Shown piece after piece: positions 56,648-64,000 of a stretch of DNA of 64,000 bases (positions are counted from its first letter, which is position 1; each line of letters starts with the position of its first letter). The notes beneath the pieces were generated by a model. It was not told the DNA's origin. It worked only from the letters and a program-made list of their open reading frames with translations, and searched no databases. The DNA is taken from contig JANYBS010000031.1 in assembly GCA_025360715.1 (NCBI GenBank), positions 1,708-65,707 on the forward strand. The letters are read 5' to 3'. Made by a program: the position numbers and the translations under genes. Origin of the DNA: Candidatus Eiseniibacteriota bacterium (lineage in GTDB: Bacteria > Eisenbacteria > RBG-16-71-46).

Positions 56648-58087
56648 CTACCCCCCCGCCGCCGCCTTCGCGCGCAGCTCCGCCAGCGCCTTCGCCACCA
56701 CACGCCGCGTGAGCGGTGTCTGGTCGCTGGCACTCACGCGCAGCGCGGCCTCGGGCACCTGCGCCAAGAACGCGTCGCTCTGCAGGCCCAGCAGCACCGT
56801 CGGCAGCTGCGCGGCACGCGCGCGCAAGTCGGCGATCGCCGCCGCCGGCAGCGGCACACGCGAACTCACCGCGATCACCTGCGCGGTCGGCGCAGCGCCT
56901 CCGTCGGGCACTCCGTGTGCCGCAAGGTCCGCCGCCAGCGAGCCGCCGTGCTTGTACTCGGCCTCGCTCACGCGCCAGCCGCCTTGAGCAGCCGCCGCAG
57001 GAAGCGCGCCATCCACAAGCAACCCGCGAGTGACGATCGCCTCCAAGCGCGACTCCCAATCCGGCGGCGTCAGCGATTCCAGCGGCACCGCCAACTCCGC
57101 AGGGCTGGGCGCCGAACGTGCCGCGTCGAATGCCGCAAGCCGCGGACGCGAGAGATCCAGATATGTGCGGTCGAACGGGCCGTCCACGATGGCGTCGGCG
57201 ATCGCCAGGCGCGCGCGGCGCACATCTTCATTCCAGTGCGCGAAGAGCAGCAGGTCGCATCCGGCTTCGAGCGCCAAGCGGCCCGCTTCGCCTTCGCCGC
57301 GCTCGCCCGAGGCGCCCTTCATCTCGAGCGCATCGGTGATGGCGATGCCCCTGTAGCCCAGCGTCTCGCGCAACAGCGTGTGCACGATGCGCGGCGAGAA
57401 CGTGGCAGGGCGCGCGGCGTCAAGCGCGCGCACGATCACATGCGCGGTCATGACCGAGTCGGCGTCCAGATTCGCGCGGAATGGCACCAGCTCGCGCGCA
57501 TGCAAGAGCGCCTCGTCGGCGTCGATCGCCGGCAGCGTCAGGTGCGAATCCAACCGCGTGTCGCCGTGGCCGGGGAAGTGCTTGAGGCAACTCGCCACGC
57601 CCGCCTCGCGGAACGCGCGCACGATCTCACGGACGGCCACCGCCACCAAAGCGGGGTCCGTTCCGTACGCGCGCGGACCGATCACCGGATTGTCGATCTC
57701 GCTGTGCACATCGGCCACGGGCGCGAAATCCCATTCGAATCCCAGCGCCCGCAGCCGCCGCGCGGTCACGCTGGCCACATAACCGATGTCGCCCGGCATC
57801 GCGCCTCGCGCAAGCAGCGCTGCGTTGGGAGGCACCACCAGGTGCCCGGCGAGCTGTGAGACCCAGCCGCCTTCTTCATCGAGTGTCAGGAACAGGCGCT
57901 TCTGGCCGGCGAGTGTGCGCAGGCGCGAGGTGAGGCGCCGCAAGTCATCCAGGTCGCGGAAGTCGCGCGAGAAGATGATCACGCCAGCAGGCGGGTATTG
58001 CGCGAAGTCACGCTCGAAGGCGGGAGTGAGCCCGTCCTTCGGGAGACCGATCACAGCGCGGCGGGCGACGATGCGTTGGGCGTCCAT
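56648..58087 (-). CDS. nagZ: Beta-N-acetylhexosaminidase (GH3, NagZ-like) with C-terminal extension
   Basis: ATG at Met 55. KHFPGHGDTRLDSH catalytic motif. Confidence 0.85.
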   Translation of the reverse strand: MDAQRIVARRAVIGLPKDGLTPAFERDFAQYPPAGVIIFSRDFRDLDDLRRLTSRLRTLAGQKRLFLTLDEEGGWVSQLAGHLVVPPNAALLARGAMPGDIGYVASVTARRLRALGFEWDFAPVADVHSEIDNPVIGPRAYGTDPALVAVAVREIVRAFREAGVASCLKHFPGHGDTRLDSHLTLPAIDADEALLHARELVPFRANLDADSVMTAHVIVRALDAARPATFSPRIVHTLLRETLGYRGIAITDALEMKGASGERGEGEAGRLALEAGCDLLLFAHWNEDVRRARLAIADAIVDGPFDRTYLDLSRPRLAAFDAARSAPSPAELAVPLESLTPPDWESRLEAIVTRGLLVDGALPAAAAQGGWRVSEAEYKHGGSLAADLAAHGVPDGGAAPTAQVIAVSSRVPLPAAAIADLRARAAQLPTVLLGLQSDAFLAQVPEAALRVSASDQTPLTRRVVAKALAELRAKAAAGG

Positions 58088-58269
58088 GTGGGCGGCAGAC
58101 TCCCCGAGCGTCCAGCGGATGTCAATGATTCGGCCGCAAGCACGCGCCGCCGCCCCGTCCGTGACGCATTCCGCAGCGCCCGTGAAGGAACGTGGTTGGG
58201 CAGGGCGCGCGCTACCGTTACACTCTTGATTGGACTGGACTGCCCCCACTGACCTTCCGCGCCCGGAGG

Positions 58270-58926
58270 ATGGATCTGAAGTCTCCGAACGTCTCGCGCC
58301 TCATCGCGCTGTCGCTTGTGGCTGCCTCGCTTCTCGCGTTGGGTTCCGCGGCCATCGCTGCGCCGGCCAAGCCCGCGCCGCCTGTTCTCAAGGGCGCCGG
58401 CAAGGGCACCGCCAGTGCCAAACAGAAGACGCTCGAACTCGTCTATGGCGATGACCACGTGTTCGGCACTGTCGTGCCGCCGGGCTGGGCGCTCGATGAC
58501 ACGAGCGGCCTGGGCGCCAAGATCCGCGTGGTGCTCTACCCCAAGGGCCAGACATGGGCCAAGGCGCCGGTCGTCATGTACGCGAATCCGATCCATCAGG
58601 CCGCCAATACGCACGTGCCTCTCGCGACCATGATCCAGCGCGACGTGAACGAATTCCAAAAGGCCAATCCGCACGGCACGGTCGCCACTGCGCCGCCGAT
58701 CACCAGCGCCAAGGGCCAGACCGCGCAGGTGCGCTACTTCGCGCCCGATGGTGGCAAGCCGGTCGAGGCCGTCGCGTATTTCGAAGAGAAGACGCTCGTA
58801 CAGTTGCTCGTCCTGCAGTCGCGCGACGCCGCGGGTTTCGCGAAGAACCTGGCCACTTACCGCGACTGGGTCGCCACCTACCAGTTCGCGGGCACGGGCA
58901 TGGCCACGCCGTCGGGGCCGCGTTGA
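58270..58926 (+). CDS. Secreted hypothetical protein
   Basis: GGAGG then ATG at Met 27. Signal peptide MDLKSPNVSRLIALSLVAASLLALGSAAIA. Confidence 0.6.
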   Translation: MDLKSPNVSRLIALSLVAASLLALGSAAIAAPAKPAPPVLKGAGKGTASAKQKTLELVYGDDHVFGTVVPPGWALDDTSGLGAKIRVVLYPKGQTWAKAPVVMYANPIHQAANTHVPLATMIQRDVNEFQKANPHGTVATAPPITSAKGQTAQVRYFAPDGGKPVEAVAYFEEKTLVQLLVLQSRDAAGFAKNLATYRDWVATYQFAGTGMATPSGPR

Positions 58927-58940
58927 GCAGCCGCGCGCGT

Positions 58941-60137
58941 GTGTCGCAGAAAAGCCTGCGGTTCACCGAGTCGGTGATCCGTGAGATGACCCGCCTGTGC
59001 ACGCAGCACGGCGGCATCAACCTTTCGCAGGGCTTTCCCGATTTCCCCGCGCCGCAGGCGATCAAGGATGAAGCCGCGCGCGCCGTGCAGGCCGACGTGA
59101 ACCAGTACGCCATCACGTGGGGCGCCAAGCGGCTGCGCGACGCGTTGGTGGCCAAGCAGCAGCGCTTCACCGGTGTCACCTACGATCCCGAACGCGAGAT
59201 CGCCGTGTGTTGCGGGTCCACGGAGTGTATGGCGGCGACGATGTTGGCGTTGGTCGATCCCGGCGATGAAGTGATCATCTTCGAGCCGTACTACGAGAAC
59301 TACGGACCCGACGCCATCTTGTCGGGCGCGCAGCCGCGCTTCATCACGCTGCGCGAGCCCGACTGGGCGTATGATCCCGCCGAGCTCGAGGCTGCGTTCA
59401 ACAACAAGACGCGCGCGATCGTGGTGAACACGCCGAATAACCCGACCGGGAAAGTCTTCACGCGCGAGGAGATGAACCACATCGCGGCGCTGTGCCAGCA
59501 ATGGGACGTGATCTGCATCACCGACGAGATCTACGAACACATTCTTTATGATGGGTGCCAGCACGTGTCGATGGCCGCGATCGACGGCATGCGCGAGCGC
59601 ACGGTCACGCTGAGCGGCCTGTCGAAGACCTGGAGCGTCACCGGTTGGCGCATCGGTTGGAGCCTGGGGCCGCCGGACCTCACGGGCGCGATCCGCAAAG
59701 TTCACGACTTCCTCACCGTGGGTGCCCCCGCGCCGCTGCAGGAGGCCGCTGCGGTCGCGCTTGAGATGCCCGATGCGTATTACGCCAAGCTGGCAGCCGA
59801 CTATCATGCGCGGCGCGAGTTCCTGGTGCCCGCGCTGGCTGCGGCAGGATTCGGCGTTTTCGCGCCGAAAGGCGCCTACTACTGTATGACCGACATCTCG
59901 GGTTTCGGGTTCGAGGACGACGTGACGTTCGCACGCTGGCTGGTCAGCGAGGTCGGCGTGGCGGGAGTCCCCGGCTCGAGCTTCTATTCGGACCCGGCCC
60001 GTGGCCGGCAGAGACTCCGCTTCCATTTCGCGCGCAAGCGCGAGACTCTGGAGGCGGCCGTGGAGCGATTGCAGACGCTCAAGGCTCGCGCTGCGAGCCA
60101 CACTCGTGGACCCCAAGGGGATCGTAACCGGACATGA
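58941..60137 (+). CDS. Class I/II PLP aminotransferase (methionine/kynurenine aminotransferase-like)
   Basis: GTG at Val 130 of the track ORF, 14 nt after the upstream stop. FTESVIREMTRL..., SGLSKTWSVTGWRIGW and the PLP-binding Lys region. Confidence 0.83.
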   Translation: MSQKSLRFTESVIREMTRLCTQHGGINLSQGFPDFPAPQAIKDEAARAVQADVNQYAITWGAKRLRDALVAKQQRFTGVTYDPEREIAVCCGSTECMAATMLALVDPGDEVIIFEPYYENYGPDAILSGAQPRFITLREPDWAYDPAELEAAFNNKTRAIVVNTPNNPTGKVFTREEMNHIAALCQQWDVICITDEIYEHILYDGCQHVSMAAIDGMRERTVTLSGLSKTWSVTGWRIGWSLGPPDLTGAIRKVHDFLTVGAPAPLQEAAAVALEMPDAYYAKLAADYHARREFLVPALAAAGFGVFAPKGAYYCMTDISGFGFEDDVTFARWLVSEVGVAGVPGSSFYSDPARGRQRLRFHFARKRETLEAAVERLQTLKARAASHTRGPQGDRNRT

Positions 60138-61756
60138 CACCCACTCGCCGTTCTTCCTTCGGCCCCCTCATGGTGGCGATGGCGCTCTCCGTACTGCTGG
60201 GCTTTGGTCTGGCCCGTGCGCTGTCGGCGACCGATGACCTGCGCAGCAACCTGGACCTGTTCACGCAGGTGCTGGTCATGGTGCACAACAATTACGTGGA
60301 AGCTCCCGACGACCAGAAGCTCATCAAGGGCGCCATCGACGGCATGCTCAAGACGCTCGACCCGCACACCATCTACCTGCCCGCGCAGCGCGCGCAGCAG
60401 ATGGACGAGCAGTTCCACGGCGAATATTCGGGCATCGGCGTGCAGTTCGATCTGCAGGACAACAAGATCATCGTGATCTCGCCGCTCGAGGGGACCCCGG
60501 CCTATCGCTTGGGCATCCGCGCCGGCGACAAGATCTTCGAGATCGATAACAAGCCGCTCAAGAAGGGCCTGACCAACGACGACGTGTTCCACGCGCTACG
60601 CGGCCCGACGGGTTCCACGGTCGAGGTCACGGTCGAGCGCGAGACCGAATCGGCGCCGATGCACTTCACCATCGAGCGCGCCAAGATCCCGATCGAGAGC
60701 ATCCCCTACGCCTACATGATCCGTCCGGGCGTGGGCTACGTGCGCATGATCCGCTTTGCGCAGACCACGGGCGAAGAGCTCGAGGCCTCGATCGCCAAGC
60801 TGCGCGCGCAGGGCATGAAGAGCCTGCTCATCGACCTGCGCAGCAACTCGGGCGGTCTGCTCTCGCAGGCAGTCGACGTGCTCGATCAGTTGGTGCCCGA
60901 CAACAAGCGCTTGGTCTACACGCGCGGCCGCATCAGCTCGGCCAACGCGGACTACTACAGCACCACGCGCCCCGGGAAGTGGACCGACGGTCCCGTCGTC
61001 GTACTCGTCGATCACGGCAGCGCCTCGGCGTCCGAGATCGTGTCCGGCGCGATCCAGGACCTGGACCGCGGCCTGGTGGTGGGCATCAACACGTTCGGCA
61101 AGGGCTTGGTGCAGAACCAGCTCAACATGACCGAGGGCAAGCTGCTGCTCACGATCGCGCGCTACTACACGCCGAGCGGACGCGGCATCCAGCGCGACTA
61201 CACCAAGTTCTCGGACAACTCGGATTACCAGGAGGATGCGTTCAAGGAGGACGTGCCCACCGACTCCGCGCTCAAGGCCCGGCCCAAGTTCGCGACCGCG
61301 GCCGGCCGCGTGGTCTACGGTGGCGGCGGTATCTATCCCGACGTCGTGATCAAAGACCCGCCGAACCTGACCCGCGCCGAAGTCGACATGATCACCAAGC
61401 GCGCGTTCTTCGAGTACGCCACGCACCACATCGCCCAGCATCCAGACGTGAAGTGGACGCAGGACGAGCTCGACAAGGGCAAGTTCAAGCTTGATGACGC
61501 CGAGTGGGGCAAGGTGAAGTCGGTCATGACCAACAAGAAGATCGTCATGAACGATTCCACGTGGACCGCCGAGAAGCCGTTCATGATCCGCCAGGTCCGC
61601 GCCGAACTCGCCAGTGCGCAGCTGGGCGCGCTCGACCGCTACAAGATCGCGGTCGAGGACGACGTGCAGCTCAACGCGGCGCTGGAGCTGTTCCCCCGCG
61701 CGCAGAAGCTCATGGCCACTGCGGCGCTGCCCGTGAAGAAGGACAAGAAGAACTAG
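60134..61756 (+). CDS. Carboxyl-terminal processing protease (S41 family) with PDZ domain
   Basis: ATGA overlap with the upstream stop. PDZ domain. S41 catalytic blocks GSASASEIVSGAIQD and TFGKGLVQ. Confidence 0.9.
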   Translation: MTPTRRSSFGPLMVAMALSVLLGFGLARALSATDDLRSNLDLFTQVLVMVHNNYVEAPDDQKLIKGAIDGMLKTLDPHTIYLPAQRAQQMDEQFHGEYSGIGVQFDLQDNKIIVISPLEGTPAYRLGIRAGDKIFEIDNKPLKKGLTNDDVFHALRGPTGSTVEVTVERETESAPMHFTIERAKIPIESIPYAYMIRPGVGYVRMIRFAQTTGEELEASIAKLRAQGMKSLLIDLRSNSGGLLSQAVDVLDQLVPDNKRLVYTRGRISSANADYYSTTRPGKWTDGPVVVLVDHGSASASEIVSGAIQDLDRGLVVGINTFGKGLVQNQLNMTEGKLLLTIARYYTPSGRGIQRDYTKFSDNSDYQEDAFKEDVPTDSALKARPKFATAAGRVVYGGGGIYPDVVIKDPPNLTRAEVDMITKRAFFEYATHHIAQHPDVKWTQDELDKGKFKLDDAEWGKVKSVMTNKKIVMNDSTWTAEKPFMIRQVRAELASAQLGALDRYKIAVEDDVQLNAALELFPRAQKLMATAALPVKKDKKN

Positions 61757-61845
61757 CTCGCAGCGGGCCAGAGGCGTCCAGAAGAAGCACGAAGCCCCGA
61801 CGGAGCGATCCGCCGGGGCTTCGTGCTTTCGGAGAGGGCCGGGTG

Positions 61846-63918
61846 TCACCCCAGCGGCGTGACGTTGCTCAGCCCCATGCGGCCCAGCATCCACGCGAAG
61901 TCGAACGCCACTTCGCGCAGCGCGTCATAGCGGCCGCTCGAGCCGCCGTGGCCCGCGCCCATGTTGATCTTGAAGAGCAGGGGATTCGCGTCGGTCTTGA
62001 GCGTTCGCAGCCGGGCCACGTACTTGGCCGGTTCCCAGTAGCCCACCTGGCTGTCGTTGAGGCCCGTCTTCACCAGGATCGCCGGGTACGCCTTGCGCTC
62101 CATATTGTCGTACGGCGAATACGCGCGGATCCAGGCGTACTGCGTGGCGTCGTGGGGGTCGCCCCATTCCTCGTATTCGCCCACCGTGAGCGGCAGGCTG
62201 GTGTCGAGCATGGTGTTGATCACATCCACGAACGGCACCTGTGACACCACGCCCGCGAACAGGTCCGGCCGCAGGTTCGTGACCGCGCCCATGAGCAGTC
62301 CGCCCGCGGAGCCGCCCTGGATCACCAGACGGTCGCGGCTCGTCCACTTGCTGGCGATCAGGTGCTCGGCGCACGCGATGAAGTCCGTGAACGTATTCAT
62401 CTTCTTGGCCATGCGGCCATCGTCGTGCCAGCGCTGCCCAAGGTCACCGCCGCCGCGGATGTGCGCGAGTGCGAACACCGCGCCGCGATCCACCAGGCTG
62501 TAGCGCGCGGAACTGAACGTGACGTCGATCGAGATGCCGTACGAACCATAGGCGTACAGCAGGCAGGGCGCGCTGCCGTCCGGCTGGGTGCCCTTGCGGT
62601 AGAGCAGCGTGACCGGCACGGCCGTGCCGTCGGCGGCCTTGGCCGAGATGCGCTGCATCTCGTAGCGCGATGCATCCCAGCCGCCCAGCACGGCGGTGCG
62701 CTTGAGCAGCTTGCTGTTGCGTGTCGCCAGATCCAGATCGAACACCGACGGAGGCGTCACGAAGGACTGATACGCATAGCGGAACGTGGTCGCCGCGAAC
62801 TCTTCATTGGTCGAGGAGCCCACCGAATAGGCCGGCTCCTCGAAGCGCACGCGGACCGACGTGTCTCGTTTGAGGTCCATGACCGTCATGTGCGGCAGGG
62901 CGCTTTCCCGCTCGCTCAGCACGATGAAGTCGGCGAAACAGCTCACGCCGCGGATCGTCACGCCTTCACGCGCGGCCACGAATTCGCTCCAGTGCGCGGG
63001 ATCGGGCGTCTCGACTGGCGCCGTGACCACGCGGAACTCGCGGCTCGTGTCGTTGACCATGATGTAGAACAAGCCGCCGCGGTGGTCCACGTAGTATTCG
63101 CGGTCCTGCACGCGCGGCGCGATCAGTGTCCACGTGCCCTTCGGATCATCCGCGCGCAGCACGCGCGTCTCGCACGTGGTGTGGCTCGTGCGCGACTCCA
63201 CCAGCCATTCGCCGCTGCGCGTGCGGTGCACGCCGATGCCAAAGCGCTCGTCGCCTTCCTCGGCGACCAGGTCGTGCGCTGCGTCACCGAGCACATGGCG
63301 GTACACGCGGTACGAGCGCTTGGAGGTCTCGTCCTCCTGCGTATAGAAGAGCGTGCGGCCTTCGGCGCACCACGCGATGCTCGTCACGCGCTCGGCGGTG
63401 TCAGGGAGCACCTCGCCGGTGGCCAGATCCTGTACATGCAGCACGTACTGGCGGTAGCCCGTGGTGTCGGTCGAGTACGCGAGCTTGCTGCCGTCGGGGC
63501 TGACCTCGAAGTCACCGACCGCCATGAACGCCAGGCCCTCGGCCATCGCGTTAAGATCGAGCAGCACCTCTTCGGGCGCGTCCATGGTGCCGCGGCGCCG
63601 GCAGTAGGTGGGATACTGCTTGCCCTCTTCCGTGCGCGCGTAATACAGCCAGCCGCCCTTGGGGTAGGGCACCGACAGGTCGGTCTGCTGGATGCGCGCG
63701 AGCATCTCGGTGTAGAGCGATGTCTGAAGCGCTGCCGAGTCCGCCGTGAGTGCCTCGGCATACGCATTCTCGGCTTCGAGATACGCGATCACCTTGGGAT
63801 CGCTCTTCTCGCGCAGCCACGCGTAGTCGTCGTGGCGCGTCTCGCCGTGCAGCGTGCTGACATGAGGGTGCTTCTCGGCCTCAGGTGGCTCCGGGCGTGT
63901 CTGGGTGCTCAAGGTCAT
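61846..63918 (-). CDS. ptrB: Oligopeptidase B (S9A prolyl oligopeptidase family)
   Basis: ATG at Met 27. DDYAWLRE, GGSAGGLLMG (Ser nucleophile) and the C-terminal His region. Confidence 0.9.
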   Translation of the reverse strand: MTLSTQTRPEPPEAEKHPHVSTLHGETRHDDYAWLREKSDPKVIAYLEAENAYAEALTADSAALQTSLYTEMLARIQQTDLSVPYPKGGWLYYARTEEGKQYPTYCRRRGTMDAPEEVLLDLNAMAEGLAFMAVGDFEVSPDGSKLAYSTDTTGYRQYVLHVQDLATGEVLPDTAERVTSIAWCAEGRTLFYTQEDETSKRSYRVYRHVLGDAAHDLVAEEGDERFGIGVHRTRSGEWLVESRTSHTTCETRVLRADDPKGTWTLIAPRVQDREYYVDHRGGLFYIMVNDTSREFRVVTAPVETPDPAHWSEFVAAREGVTIRGVSCFADFIVLSERESALPHMTVMDLKRDTSVRVRFEEPAYSVGSSTNEEFAATTFRYAYQSFVTPPSVFDLDLATRNSKLLKRTAVLGGWDASRYEMQRISAKAADGTAVPVTLLYRKGTQPDGSAPCLLYAYGSYGISIDVTFSSARYSLVDRGAVFALAHIRGGGDLGQRWHDDGRMAKKMNTFTDFIACAEHLIASKWTSRDRLVIQGGSAGGLLMGAVTNLRPDLFAGVVSQVPFVDVINTMLDTSLPLTVGEYEEWGDPHDATQYAWIRAYSPYDNMERKAYPAILVKTGLNDSQVGYWEPAKYVARLRTLKTDANPLLFKINMGAGHGGSSGRYDALREVAFDFAWMLGRMGLSNVTPLG

Positions 63919-64000
63919 GCGCAAGGTCACCAAGGTGGGGTGGGGTGCAAGCGGCAGCCGTGGACGTCGCTCGGGCGGGGGGACCCTGTCGTCCAAGCGT

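Noticed and set aside
1-64000. Searched for CRISPR arrays, tRNA/rRNA genes and IS transposases
   Set aside because: No short direct-repeat/spacer arrays, no tRNA-like cloverleaf candidates noticed, and no transposase motifs (DDE/RNase-H) in any credible ORF. Only the HNH/DUF222 gene hints at mobility.

Overview
High-GC (~68-70%) bacterial chromosomal window, densely coding. The gene content (PorX-like PglZ response regulator, LptD, TolB-propeller Ser/Thr kinase, Tat-MsrP) suggests a Gemmatimonadota/FCB-like organism, but that is a guess. No rRNA, tRNA or CRISPR array was recognised.

The supplied ORF track omits edge-truncated ORFs and shows GTG/TTG starts as 'M'. I refined starts by residue counting from the track coordinates.

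Main content, in order:
- A >1,430-aa secreted protein made of about nine lamin-tail-domain (LTD)-like repeats, running off the 5' edge on the minus strand.
- A sensor histidine kinase, a DUF4097 protein, an M28 peptidase and a PorX-like receiver+PglZ regulator.
- tsaE followed by a tsaB–rimI translational fusion.
- A Tat-MsrP-like Mo-oxidoreductase with a cytochrome b partner.
- accD–folC–lptD.
- A copper/silver resistance island: P1B-ATPase CopA, a small Cys/His-rich protein, a CusCBA-type RND system and a cupredoxin lipoprotein.
- A Ser/Thr kinase with a TolB-like beta-propeller, and an S9 peptidase.
- Two tandem paralogs of an unusual degenerate 5'-nucleotidase-like / tetraheme cytochrome c fusion, followed by cystathionine beta-synthase and gamma-lyase.
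- A DUF4097 + bactofilin-like membrane module.
- Hydantoinase A/B plus an outer-membrane protein carrying a CxxCH motif.
- A 900-aa coiled-coil protein and a DUF222/HNH (REP13E12-like) gene with internal inverted palindromes.
- Housekeeping genes: NagZ, a class-I aminotransferase, an S41 Ctp protease and oligopeptidase B.

The most notable observation is in the upstream tandem paralog. It has an in-frame TGA (37513-37515) exactly where the downstream paralog has a conserved Cys (SPCG-C/U-HTPKGG). The ORF is otherwise intact and a small hairpin lies downstream. This makes it a candidate selenocysteine-containing protein in a family architecture I do not recognise.

Many long Arg/Ala-rich antisense ORFs in the track are rejected as GC artefacts.
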